In this document: one piece after another, positions 27,315 through 39,918 of the stretch
How positions within the stretch are numbered: position 1 is the first letter of the stretch
How the letters are laid out: each line of letters opens with the position of its first letter
NCBI GenBank assembly: GCA_013265495.1
Contig: MU058337.1
Location: 4,692,716-4,756,715, forward strand
Direction: 5' to 3'
DNA length: 64,000 bases
DNA from: Vicugna vicugna
Lineage: Eukaryota
Program-made: the position numbers and the translations under genes
The notes under the pieces: generated by a model
What the model saw: only the letters and a program-made list of their open reading frames with translations
The model's database searches: none
Told to the model about the DNA's origin: nothing

Positions 27315-27420
27315 CTAAAAATCATAGAATTTTAAAGGTACAAGTTCACCTTTTTCCTTTTACAGATAAAGAAACAGGACGGGAAGAGCGGAGTGCCTTG
27401 GCCAAGGTCACAGGCAAAGG
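27315..27420 (-). mobile_element. MIR SINE
   Basis: tttacagataaagaaacagg...gagtgccttggccaaggtcaca. Confidence 0.75.
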
Positions 27421-28179
27421 CAGGACCCTAACTAACACTCGTGTTGTTCTCTCCAGGCCAGGACGCCCTCCAGCACACCCCTGAGTCCACAGCTGTGCTT
27501 CCTGGTGTTGGGGGAGGGGTGAGGCCGGGGTCTAGACGGTGTACCCTAAGGGTGTTTCCGAAGTGTCCCACCTCTAACTCTGACTTGGTATCCACTGTAG
27601 AAGGACCAAGTAGAGACATGTTAAGAAGTCATTGGCTTAGAGAGTATGATAAAACTTCAGTAGGAAAACCACGCAAGGCTAATTTGCTATCAAACGCAAA
27701 TGAATTCATGGTCTTACAATCGTACAGCCAGAACTGTTTCTGAGGACCAACCTAGCGGATCCCACTCACTGGGACAGGAGGGTCTTTCCCTTCTGCTGTC
27801 TCTCCTAGTCACTGAGACCACTAGCCCCTGCCCTGCTTTAAGCTTATGTCATAAGGGCAGGAGGAACAGAGTCTGCGCTCAGCTGTGGACTCTTTTCGGA
27901 GATGAAGCCCTGTTCCTCCGTCTACCGGAGCTGTTTTGTCCTCCACTACCAGGCAGTCTGAGAACCCTGCTGCTTGGTTAACACTGCTATGCAGGAAGGA
28001 TCTTCTTTCTTCCCTGGGTCTTTTTGCTTGAATCCATATTTCCTCACAACCGACTCATTTCTCTCTCCTGCACCTGCCCATTCCTGTTAGCTGTTCAGGG
28101 AGAAACAGCAAATGAGTTTAACATTTGCAGCCAGTGGCTGGAGGCCACAAGACCAGGACACTTAACTTAATATGATACG

Positions 28180-28560
28180 GCTAGCTTTGTTTCAAATTAA
28201 AATTGGAACCAGTAATGTCTTAATTCTCTTGTCTAGACAATTGTCACGGCTGTAAATTACCATCAAAATGGCCATTGAATGGTTTATAATGACCTTGCCA
28301 AAACATTACTGCCAATCCTATAAGCTTTCTGAACATGCTGTTTAGTTCATTCTAATTAATCTATTAGGAGACGACATATACATCCTGCTTCCTCTCTCCA
28401 GAGTGACATTTGTGGATTCAATTCCTTTCTCGTCGCTAATGCTGCTGTGTAAACTCACTACTGATCTAATTCTGTCTTCTGTCTGCCTGCAACAAATTTA
28501 ATCAGAAAAATCATTATCCAAAGTGATGTTCTTCTTTCCGTGTCTGAGACAGTGGCTGTT
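28180..28560. promoter_or_regulatory. Putative enhancer / conserved non-coding block
   Basis: Unique sequence with ACAATTG, CATTGAATGG, CATCAAA, TGACCTTG and several TAAT motifs. Conservation not verifiable here. Confidence 0.35.
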
Positions 28561-29229
28561 TCCTCGGTAGCTTCTAGGTGCATTTCCTCTTATGTGAGTG
28601 ACAGCTGTTTACATATATTTTGTTCAGGGTAGGGTTCATTGAATGGGCTACTAATAAGTATGCAAAAAATGAGTTTAAATGAACTCTTTTCAAACAAGAA
28701 CTTGAAAGAGTTCAAAGTGTTCAGGAGGAAGGTCTCTGTCCCTAAAGTCTTGTCTACAAAGTATGTAAGCACAGCCTTTAAACCAATGTGAATAAGAAAC
28801 CCATTCACCTTAGAATGTATGGGTCGGTTAATTGTGCAGTTGTAAGCTCAGTTAGCATCTGAATCTCCTATACCCTGCTTGTGTGTGTGAGAGTTAAGGT
28901 AGCCGGGAGGGAGAGCAGATACCAAAAGGCCTCAAGAAAATGCCAGAAATCCTGGTCGTGGGACTTCAGTTCCTCTAGTTATCTGCAAAGAATGTTCTCG
29001 TCCTTTCTTCCTGGGGATCGTGATTTTTTTAGGCACTAACAGTGACAATGTTCCTACTCATCTTTTGTGTTGTTTCCTCTTCTTTACCAGAGCACCTTGC
29101 ACACGGCTCTTCCATTGCAAACTTCTTTTATTTGATGACTATTATTTCTTTATTTTTCTGTTTCTAGTAGAAACAGGAGATTACTTTAATGTTTCCTATC
29201 AATTAGCCTTGCAGTTCCTCTCAATGGTT

Positions 29230-30427
29230 TCTTTAACTGGGATATAATTTACATACTGTAAAACTTACCCTTTCAAAAGTGTACAGTTCAGTGGCATATA
29301 CTGTATTCACAACGTTATGCAAACATCCTAATCTGAGAAAATTAAAAGAAAAAATGCTTCCCCAGTTAGCAGTCATTCTTTATTCCCCCATTCATTCCCC
29401 CAGGCTCTAGCAACTTAGGTCTGCTTTATGTCTGAATTTGCCTGCATGTAATGAAATCATGCAATATGTGGTCTTTTCTTTGTGACTTTCACTAAACGTG
29501 TTGTCACGGTTCATCCTATTGTAGCGTGTTTAAATATTTTGTTCCTTTTTATGGATGAATAGTATTCCATCAAATGGATGTACTACGTTTTACTTAGCCA
29601 TTCATCAATTGATGGACATTTGAGTTTCCCCCACATTTTGTCTATTATGAATAATGCTGCTGTGGACATTTATTCACAAGTTTTTGTGCAGACTATATAT
29701 ATTTTTTTATCTTGGGTATAAACTTGGAGTGGGACTGCTGAATCATAGAGTCTTAAACTCTATGTTAAAATTGTAGAGGAATTGCCAACTGTTTTCCAAA
29801 GTAGCTGCCCATTTTATTTTCACACCAGTGGTGTATGAGGGTTTCTGTTTTTCCACATCCTTGCCAGAAGTTGTTACTGTTTGTTTTATTTCATTTTAGA
29901 TACTCCAGTGGTATAAAGTGGTTCGTTTTTTGTTTTGTTTTGTTGGTTTGCAATTCCCTAATGCCTAATAATTTTGAGCATGTTTGCATGTGCTTGTTGA
30001 TCATTTCTGCATCTTCCTTAGACAAATGCCTATTTAAATCATTTGACTTTTTTTAAACTTAGCTTATTTGTGTTTTTATTATTGAGTTGTGAGAGTCCTC
30101 TATATGTTCTTGATACAAGACCATTAGGCATGTAATTTGCAAATGTTTTCTTCTACTCCATGGGAGAAATGTCTTTTTACTTTATTATGGTGTCCTTTGA
30201 AGCACAAAGATTTTTAATTTTGATGAAGTTCAACTTACCAATTTTGTTTCTCTTGCTGCTAGTGCTCTGGTGGCGTATCTTAAGAAACCATTGCCCAGTC
30301 TAAGGTCATGAAGAATCACCTCTGTGTTTCTTTTAAGAGATTTATAGTTTTAGCTCTGGTGTTTTAGGTCTTTGATGCATTTTGAGTTATTTTTGTATGT
30401 GGTGTGAGATAGGGGTCCAACTTCACT
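29230..30427 (-). mobile_element. L1 (L1M-type) 3' portion, decayed
   Basis: Antisense L1 3'UTR and ORF2 end: gatataatttacatac...gatggacatttgag...ttccacatccttgccag...tttgcaaatgttttct...gtgagataggggtccaac. Confidence 0.9.
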
Positions 30428-30431
30428 ACTT

Positions 30432-30608
30432 TGGGTTCAGTAATTGAGCTGTGGGGGGATGTCCTGTGCCTTGCAGGATATTTAACATCTCTGTACTCTA
30501 CCCACTAGGTGCCAGTTACACCGTCCCAGTTCTGACAACCACAGAGTTGTTCAGACATTGCCAAATCTTCCCTGCAGGGAAAAATTACCCCTGGTCGAGA
30601 ACCACGGT
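30432..30608 (-). mobile_element. MER20 fragment
   Basis: gtcctgtgccttgcaggatatttaac...ctacccactaggtgccag...cagacattgccaaat...ggtcgagaaccac. Confidence 0.85.
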
Positions 30609-30689
30609 TCTAACCATATTAATATATGACCTTCTTTTAGATAAAAAAGTTTATTCAGGTAAATAAGGCTGAAGACTTCAAGCACATGG

Positions 30690-30860
30690 AAATTCCATGG
30701 TCACAATTAGTGGTTTAAGAATGGACATATAACCATTTCAAGGAAAGAAGATACTAGAGAAGTTTGCTGGAAACAGCGGGAGGAAAGATTTCCTTCTTTC
30801 TCCTTCTAGATTGGGTCATGTGATGATGTAAAACCCACTAGGTCTTCAGCCTTAAAATGA
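30690..30860 (+). mobile_element. Old MaLR (MLT1J/K-like) LTR fragment
   Basis: tggtcacaattagtggtttaagaatggacatataacca resembles old MLT1 LTRs. Confidence 0.45.
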
Positions 30861-31039
30861 AGCTGGTACATAATGAAAATGAAATGGTACATAATGTGTG
30901 TCTTGCACGTAGTAGATATTTAGAGTTATTATTGAAACACAAATTAGGCCTATGCCACGACCTGTGCTTTTCGCGTAAGAACCATTTAAGCTAAATGTTC
31001 TGAACTTCAGGGTGTTACTGAAAGTCATAAGGGATTGTA

Positions 31040-31330
31040 CCACTGTAATCTCTCTCTCAGACCCAGTCCCTGCTTTGCATTGCCCTTCAACTCTCCACTT
31101 CCCATTCTGTCTCTAAGTCTTAATTGGTTATTGAAACACTTCTCATGAAATGCTCTCTTTTTACATCTCTCTGCTCAGTTCATCGTACCATCCTCAGTTA
31201 TCTTTTGAAAGCACACCTCTGATTCTACCACTGCCCTGCTGAAAAAGTTGCAAGTTTTCCTTACTATCTACATATTAAACCCAATATCTCAGTTTGTTTT
31301 TCAGTTTGACTAGAATTAACTTTTCAAACC
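31040..31330 (+). mobile_element. L2 fragment
   Basis: Pyrimidine-rich; atcttttgaaagcacacctctgattctaccactgccctgctgaaaa resembles sense-strand L2. Confidence 0.55.
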
Positions 31331-34074
31331 TATCAGCCGCTACTTTTTCCCTAAGGTCAAAAGTGTAATCAGCTCAGAATGCTCTCCGTTTTCAGAGAAA
31401 GGTCTATATTTTCTGTCTCTTTGAATTTTCTTATGCTTTGTTTGACTCTAAAATATGAATAGTAATCATTATAATGAAAATATGTAGCCTTTGTTGCTTT
31501 TATTGAGCACAAACCCTTTGTACTTCATCTCGTACCTCTCTGAAACAAAAAAATGAAAACAAAGTTACTACTTCTGGTTAGCCTTCTAAGCACATAGAAA
31601 GAAATGATAGCTTGGGGAGGTTAAATAGTTTCCCAAGGTCACAAAGATATTAATTGAAAAAACTGCCACTTTAACTTGGGCCTTTCCAATTGACCATATT
31701 CCTGTTCTTAACCACAAAACTCTGTTGTTTTATATTTGGAGTCCTCTTTACTTTCCCTCTCTTTCTCTCTGTTCCAATTCTGATGTTTTCTAGTCTAAAT
31801 TTATATGAAAGTTCATGTCCCAGTCTTGCAGTCGAAACACAGTCTTTCCCCTCTTTAATCTCTTGCTGAACCCAGCACAGTGCCTAGTACATCACGATAG
31901 ATGGCCAGGATGTATTTTAAATAAAGAAGATGGATAGATAAAACTTGAAACGTCAGTATGTTGTTCTTTCATTTCATTATTGATGTAAAGAGAAAAATCA
32001 AAAGTGTGCAGTACTTTCCAGATAATAGGCACTAAATAACCGTGAAGTTGAATGAATTGCTGAAAATTGAATAGATACCAGCCTTTTGGGTGTCTCTCTC
32101 TCTTTGTGCTTCCCGTATGCAGACTGTAGCTGTGTATATGGGAGCAAGCTCTTGAGGCAGCCACCAAATATATGTGGGATGTCTGCTGCTTTCTGTGTTA
32201 ACCTGTGCAGGTGAATAGACCTGGTGGTCTGCTTGTTTTGCAGTTAACAAAGGGAAAGGGCCTCCGTCTTAGATATTTGCAGGGAAGTTTGGAACTTCTG
32301 CCATGTGAACAACTGTAGCTGTGGCTTTCCTTCCACAAAGAAGCTGTTTGATGGGCTTTCTGGATGAAAAATCTGTTTCAATGGTATTTCTGCTTTACCT
32401 GTCCCCTAATGAGTGTGGTACTAAAGAAGATCAAGGGCAGGGCACTGAAGAGGGAAGAGAAGAAGGTAATGGGCAGAAATGGAGACTAGACTGAATCAGA
32501 TGCCAGAGCTCCCAGCCCAGGGCTGCTGTCACTGACGCCGTTGGCCTGAGTCAGCACATGCATCAGCTTGTCAGTGCGGCTGAGCTCGGGCGCCCCAGTG
32601 GTTCTGTTCAAATCAGGGAGCCTAGGATTCTATTTTATAGAAAACTTTATAAAATATTTTATGCTTAATTCATGATATGGATGCCAGAGTTCCTCAAATA
32701 GGATTTTGTAAACATCTTCCCAGTGTGCCTAATCCAGAAAAAGTAATAGAAGCATGTTTCAGATCATCTAGGGCTCCTGATGGAGTTTGGTGATGCAATT
32801 CCAGTGTTTTCAATTGGGTTGATGCCATGATTAGCATGAGGCAGTGCATGAGGATCCTAAGTTAATGGGAAACACTGGAGTTGTCCTCCACGTGTAAGTC
32901 AGGCCTGTATCTGCCCGTGCTCAGGGTGTGCAGTGCACACACGACAGGCATGGGCCGGCCATACCAGTGGAGATTGCATAGAAGTTTGAATCAAGTAAAA
33001 TGTGGAGAGAATTGTGTTTCTAGACATGGCAAACCTTGTGCTTGTGTTCTGTCGTGTTCACATTGAGATTAGTTGCTTCGTTTCAGCAGTATAGTCCTTC
33101 ACATTAATGTTAATGTTTTTCATACTGTTTTTGCAGTTTTCTCTGTTTTAAACTTATAAACTAATTTTATGGTTGTAAACAAAACTGTAAGGATAGGGCA
33201 GGCAGGTTGTACATAGCTTTATGTATTACTATTGTTGTAAAAATAATTTGTCAACATTTGCAGTTCATGAGAGGATCTTTTTCTTTAAAGAGGCTCTTTA
33301 CATTACTTAAGTTTACACAACAGTATACCATTCTATACTGAAATGCATGTAAGTCCTGATCTGTTGCCCCCAATGAGTTACTCTAGATAAAATAATGTGT
33401 ATGTTACCCAAGGATGTATTAAGCTTATTAATGGCAATATTCCATTTATTCTTACAGTAGTGTGATCTCTCTGTTTTGTAAGATATCAGCTTTACTAATT
33501 GAATCATATTTTCTTTTACCTAGAAAAAAATTATACCATGTTAATACTGGTAAATTCTTGATGCTGTGTTCAAGGTAATGTGTCCAGGCTAAAAAAAATT
33601 TTTCCAGAGTGGGTCCACAAAGTTTACTTTTAAATCTTTCCTTCATTTGAATAAGTATAGGATGTTCATCGAGTAAAGAAGTCCTGTCAAAGCTTTTTCT
33701 CCCCTTTGTTGGGAAGGAATTAAAATAATAATTTTGCAACCTAGCCTCACTTCTACATGTGTATCATCATGTTGTCAGAGCAATGCGGTGAGGACCGTAT
33801 CATTTCTGCTCAATAGATGATAAATGTGTGGGTCAAGGACCAGAGTGCTTTGCACTTTCATAAGCCTGGGGGATCGAGCTCTGAATGCACATGTTCTGCC
33901 TTAAACTCAGGTTCCTTTCATTATATCATGTGGTTTCTCTAAGTAAAATTTAAACTAATTTCTATCCAGAAGTTATCTAGAGAATATGTAATATTAACTC
34001 ATATGGGAATCTTGAAAGATAAAGTCTTTTTCTACATTGGGCATGGTTTATTATTATTATTATTACTACATACA

Positions 34075-34186
34075 TATTTTTACTGAGACATAATTGACAT
34101 GTCATTAGTTTCGGGTGTACAACATAGTGATTTGATATATGTATATATTATGAAATGATCATCACAAAATGTCTAATTAACATCAT
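34075..34186 (-). mobile_element. L1 extreme 3' end
   Basis: ttttactgagacataattgaca...ttagtttcgggtgtacaacatagtgatttgata...aaatgatcatcacaa...taattaacatc; preceded by a (TTA)n tract. Confidence 0.8.
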
Positions 34187-34919
34187 TATTTTTGTTATAG
34201 TTACCATACTGTTTCTATTGTTTCATTTAAAAATATACATTCCTGGTGACTACCAAAAAGGATTTAGATAACACACAGTACTCTACAAGAGATTAGCTCA
34301 GATTAAAATACGAAAGTCAAATAACAGGGGAAGAAGATAGAGAAAAAATAAAATTTTTAAAAGATCTCTGCTGAAAAAGTTAAAGGACCACAGCATAAAA
34401 TTTTGTTCTTTACCTCCTGGAAGTTAAGAGGAAACTTTTTATAGTCAAATGCAATGAAACTCTGAAGACTTTTACAGAGAGAAAACTGCTTCTTTCCCTA
34501 ACTTCTAAGATATTTTTTACTGGTGAAGTGACTTTAAGAAGCATCTTGGAGGAAGCACAGCCTGGGTATATTCTAAAGCTGTAGTTCTGTTACATAACTA
34601 TTCAATTAAAATAAGTCAGAAAAGTGAAAATGAAAAATGCTACATTATGTACCATGTAGTTTGAAGAGAGGTTTAGAAAGTTTTTTTCTCCTAGAAATAT
34701 CTCCCTCTTCAAGAATTTATGTTATCACCTCTTAACATCTCTTCTCGCTGTCTCATGGCCTTTCTGAAATCAATTAATAGAATTATTTTTCCACTGAACA
34801 TTTTCTTACCTTCTCATGGACACAAGGCTTGAGAACTAGGAAAGAAAACACACGAAAACTGTTCCCTTTTACCCTTTGTTTTTCTTATTGTGGAAATTAT
34901 TAGCTTTACGTCCCTTCTG

Positions 34920-35580
34920 AGCTTAAAGATAATGCATGTTCTTTTAGAAAATTTGAAAAACTATGAAGAATCAGGAAAGAAGTGTTCATAATTTCAGCAA
35001 TAATAATCTCTTAGTGTATTCTTCTCAATACATCTTCAGCGTGTGTGAGAACATGTGCTTTCTTTACTTGACATTTTTAATGTTATTAAATTTCCCCATG
35101 TTACTGGAAAACCTTCATTTTTAATGGCTACAAAGGATTCCACCATATGGATATACTCTGGCTTCTTAAAACATCCTGTTAATATTAAACACTTGGAGGG
35201 TTTCCAGTTTCTCACTGCTGTGCTGCACGTCTGTACATAACTTTTTGTGGACATTTTAGCATATCTCCTTATAACTGCCTTATGATAGTTTCTGAAAGTG
35301 ACTAATAAGTCAAAAGATGAACATTCTGAGTTACTTTTATAAATATCACCCTATTACTTTCAAACTCGTATACGGAGTTACACTTCCTTACCCATGTCTG
35401 GATGTGTCTGTTCACTCTGCCCTCATCTGCACTGATAATCTGTTTTAATTCTCTGTTCCTTTGATAGGCAAATGTTGCATCCCATCGATTTAATTTGTGT
35501 TATTAAAAAAAGATGGGTCGTTGGTTTTGCTCATATTCACTAGCCATTTATCTTCTTCTTTGGAAAACTGTCTAAATCAC
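34920..35580 (-). mobile_element. Ancient L1 (L1ME-like) fragment
   Basis: catttttaatggctaca...aaacacttggagggtttccagtttctcactg resembles degenerate antisense L1. Confidence 0.65.
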
Positions 35581-36769
35581 CTTCTTACCTCATTTATCAC
35601 TTTATCACCACTCTACCTCAAAAACAGAATCATTTCAATCACAGAGTGTCAGAGCCAGAATGAGCCCGGTCCAACAGCTCCCCATACACGTGAGTCTAGG
35701 TGGATTCAGGAACTCGACCACAAGCTTTGACTAATTAGTGCCTCTATGCCTCCTGCTGGTCTTTATTGCCCCCTCTCCCCAGCTTCTACCACTCCCCCCT
35801 TTTCCTCCATGCATTTCCTCACCGTTTTGTTCTCCCGTCGATTTAAAATTGTTGACGTGCTTGTAGCAAACTGAGACTAGTAAGTCTGTGTGTGTCTCTG
35901 GAAATAGAAGTCAGTACTTTGTCTTTGCTCCTGGTCGTCTAATATGTCATTCTGCCCTTCCCTCTCCTGTTTCCCCCATCCTGTGGCACAGCCACTGAGT
36001 GTTCCTGCAAGGTGCCTCCGCGTTAGCACGGGCTCCTTTAAGGGTCACCTGTGAGACAGACCCTCGCTGGTGAACACGAGGCCTGCAGAGCCGAGCGAGG
36101 GAGGCTGAGTGTTGGTGTGCTTTCTCAACCAGTCCGCCCAGCGACACCGCGAAGGGCATGCCCTGCTCCTTATTTTGTATCTGAGCTCCAGAAAGCTGTG
36201 GCCCACCTCTGCTAGATGTTTCCCACTGTCACACAGCTAACGAGGAGAGTGGGTCTGAACCTAAGTCTGACTGATCCATGCGCGGCTTCCCTGCTGTATT
36301 TCTTGGCCTTTCTGGCAGTGGGGGAAGACATCTCTATGTGTCTGCTCTCTGCTAAAGAGGCAAACAAACCAACTCATGTAAGGTGGGATTGAGTGGGGTA
36401 GGGTGCACGAGGAGCAAGGGAAGCAAATGTCAAATGCACCTTCTGTTCTGACAGCAAACGATTGAGTTCATTGAGGAGCAGGAGCAAGTCTGGGCTTTCC
36501 ATTCCCAGCACACAGACGACACTGAACAGCTCTGGGTGATTATTGAATGAAAGATGCTTTTCTTTATGTTACCGTCTTCTCTTAAACAGTAGCAGGGTTC
36601 ACTAGTCCGTAGGGCAAAGACAATCTGGTAATGCTTGCCCTCTTTCTTAATGACTCGGCCTGTCCTCAGGAATACATCCATGCCTTCCTAACTGCCAGTT
36701 CTCCAAAACGGGGCTACCAAGCTCCAAATCGTGTGATTAAGATGAGTAAGTTTTGAACTCTTTGAACAG

Positions 36770-36877
36770 ATGATTAATAAGGAAGAACAGTGTTTTATTT
36801 AACTTTACTGATGATCCAATTTGGAATTTCTGAATTCTGAAGAAAGCCTTGGGCAATTAATTCTGAACACATGATAG
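36770..36877 (+). other. SGMS1: Candidate non-coding 5'UTR exon C with tandem acceptors 36770/36791 (SGMS1 exon 6-like, tentative)
   Basis: Acceptor ctctttgaacag| ending at 36769, second CAG at 36788-36790, consensus donor TAG|GTGAGT at 36877/36878. Multiple stops. About 30 kb downstream of exon B. Gene identity from memory. Confidence 0.5.
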
Positions 36878-37329
36878 GTGAGTGTCATTTTTCAAATAGG
36901 AACATGCTTATTCCCACTTTTGGACATTCTCGTCAAACAGGTGACTTTTATTTAACGCTAGCAGGGCACCAGTGCCACAGGCCACCGGCAGGCAGGAATG
37001 AAGTGTTATCCGTCTCTCCGGGATGAGTGGGCTTGCATGTGTCTCCGGAAACAGTACTTGCCTTCGTCTCAGGTTGTCTAATGACTCCTGACTCTTGACT
37101 CATATGTTTGCTGTCCCAACAGCACAGTGTTGGCACATCACAGGCTGCCTAAATGAATGTTAAAAATGAATAAATATAGTAATATGAAGAGTGAGTATGT
37201 TTCCTTTAATTCTGTTTGAGACCTACAGTTCTTTATACAACTCTTTACAGTGTATCTGCTTCTTTAACCTGAAGCTCAATTAATATCCAGCAAGAAATAT
37301 TGAGAAATCAAAGACCTACACTTTAAATA

Positions 37330-37819
37330 CAGACCTTTCTTGACTTACGATGGGGTTATGTCTTGATTCAGCCCATATGAAGCTGAAAATCCTAAGTCAG
37401 AAATGTACCTAATCCATCTAACCTACTGAACATCACAGCTTAGCCTGGACGACCTTAGACATGCTCAGAATATTTCGGTCAGCCTACAGTTGGGCAAATC
37501 ATCTAACTTAAAGCCTATTTTATGATAAAGTGTTGAATTTCTCATGCAATTTATTGATCAGTATACTGAAGGTGAAAAGCAGAATGGTTGTCTGGGTACA
37601 GAATGGCTGTATGTGTATAGGTGGTCGAACATCGTGATGGTGCGATCTGTGGCTCACTGCCTCTGCCCAGCATCATGAGAGAGGATTGTACTGAATATCG
37701 CTAGCCCAGGGAAAGATCAAAATTCAGAATTCGAAGTACAGTTTCTACTGAATGCATATCGCTTTCACACTAAATTAAAGTAAAACAATTGTAAGTCAAA
37801 CCATTGAAGGTCAAGACTG
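37330..37819 (+). mobile_element. MER47/Tigger5-family (TcMar-Tigger) non-autonomous transposon
   Basis: TA|CAG...CTG|TA ends; gacttacgatggggtta...agcctacagttgggcaa...cgaagtacagtttctactgaatgcatatcgctttcacac. Confidence 0.9.
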
Positions 37820-38046
37820 TATTTTCTTTTAAGAAACTTGAAACTTGCTAAACTCAAAACTGGGGGTCAGCAAACTGTCTGTAAAAAGCCAGATAGAGAA
37901 CATTTCAGGCTTTGTGTCCAAGATGAAAAATTGAGGCCATTATATAGGTATTTAGATAACAAGAGAAAAAACAAATTTTCACAAAATTTGATGAAATTCA
38001 TGATGACAATTTTAATGATAATTGAGTCCAATTTTTTGAGGGTCTC

Positions 38047-38988
38047 TGGTATTAGTTCTCTATTGTGACTATAACAAATTGTCATAGACTTGGTGGCTTA
38101 AGCAGTATAAATGTATTCTCTTAGTGTTCTGAAAGTTAGACGTCCAATTCGATCCCACTGGGCTAAAACTAAGGCGTTGGCAGGGCTGCATTCCTTCTAA
38201 AAGCTCTTGTATAGAATCTGCTTTCTCACCTTTTCCAGCACCTAGGGGTTGCCTGTGTTCCTTAGGTCATGTCCTCCTTCCTCTATTTTCAAGACCAGCA
38301 ACATAGCGTCTTTCTAACCCTGCCTTTGTTGTCACATTTCTTTCTCTTCCGACAGCCTGGAAAGGTTCTCCACTTTTAAGGACCGATGTGTTTCTATTGG
38401 GTCCATTTGGATAATCCAGGGTGATCTTCCCATTCAGTGTCCATGAGTTAGTTTTCTAGGGATGCTGTAATGAAGTGCCACAAAACAGGTGGCTTAGAAC
38501 AACTGAAATTTGTTCTCTCACAGTTATAGAGGCTGAAAGTCCCAAATCAAGACAACAGGGCCATGCTGCCTCTGAGAGTCTAGGCAGAATCCTTCCTTCT
38601 GGTGGTGGCCATCAATCCTTGGAGTTCCTTGTCCTGTAATTGCATCACTCGAATCTCTACTTCTGTCATCACATGGCCTTCTCCCCTCCTCTGTCTCTGT
38701 CTCTTCTGTCTTCTTATAAGTCTATCACTTAAAATGGTTTAGAGCCAACCCTAATGACTTCATCTGAACTTGATTACATCTGGAAAGACCTTATTTCTAA
38801 ATAAGGTCGCATTCACAGATAACCAAGATTAAGACTTCAGCACATCTTTTGGGGGTCATGATTCAAACCATAACAGTTCATAACCTTAACAACATCTGCC
38901 AAATCTCTTCTACCATGTAGGGGAACATTTCCACAGACTTGGGATTAAGGTGTGGACATCTTTGGGGACCATTATTTTGTTAACCACA
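38047..38988 (-). mobile_element. MLT1D-like MaLR LTR (outer, interrupted)
   Basis: tattagttctctattgtgactataacaaattgtcatagacttggtggcttaa...ggataatccaggg, resuming after 38880 and ending ...gggaccattattttgttaaccaca. Confidence 0.85.
38444..38875 (-). mobile_element. MLT1C-like MaLR LTR (inner, nested)
   Basis: TG...CA ends; ttagttttctagggatgctgtaa...aagaccttatttctaaataaggtc...attcaaaccataaca. Flanked by GTCCA/GTTCA (5-bp TSD, 1 mismatch). Confidence 0.85.
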
Positions 38989-39918
38989 CTCACTAATAAG
39001 AACATTATGTGTATATTTTTTGAAATAACATTTGGTTTAATTGGGATTCAAATTTAGTGCTCCCTATCATCAAATTGATTGCAAGTCTGGAAAAATCCAT
39101 CCGAGCTGGAAGCCACACAGAAACAGGTCGAGGGTTGGGTTTGGCCTGCAAGTGTCAGTTTCCTGACTTTTTCTTTAAATAAAATATTTAGGCCAAAACC
39201 TACTAGACTGTTACTAAAAATGCCATTTTCTCTAATAATAAACATGATTTGAAAAACATGTTAAGATTTATAGTCCTAGTCAGGATGGAATACATATGTG
39301 GTAGTGACCCACATGGTGAAATGGACCCTTTTGGGTAGTCTGAACAAAGTTTCCAGATTTAGGACACTGACTATGTATCATTGATTTATTTCAAAGGAAT
39401 GCTAGTGTGCTACTCCCTGTGCACATTTCTCTAGGCTAATGTATGCACACACAAGTATAAAACCCGGCAAAGAATTTCATATATTACTTACCTTCTTCCC
39501 AGGCAGTTACTAGTAAGCAGGACAATATGATCAGGCTTCTCACTTAGGAAAAACACTACCTAATCAGTAAGAGCATATTTCTTCTATATAAAATGGCCCA
39601 TCTTAATTTATATTGGCAGACTTCAGTATTTGAGCAGAATTATGGCATGGAAATGATGGTAAACAATCCTAATGATTGACATGCATACTGTCAACAGAAA
39701 AGCATCATCAATTTCAAATAATTTATCTTTCAAATAAGGAAATTCTATCTGTTGACATTTAACTGGCTAGCCCATGGTCCTGCCTTAGAGGTCAACATTA
39801 AATAATCTCTCTCAATAGATTTCCAAAGGAAGCCCATAACCTTTTTGCCTTTACATTAGTAATAAAATGTGAAGTTAAGGAAGTAATTGGGATGGGAAAT
39901 GTGATCATATTTATAATC

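Larger units (their letters stand above)
37861..39172 (+). mobile_element. MER58-family (hAT-Charlie) element split by LTR insertions (37861-38046 and 38989-39172)
   Basis: ggggtcagcaaact...ctgtaaaaagccagatag 5' end, and aaacaggtcgagggttgggtttggcctgcaagtgtcagtttcctgac 3' end. Confidence 0.8.
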
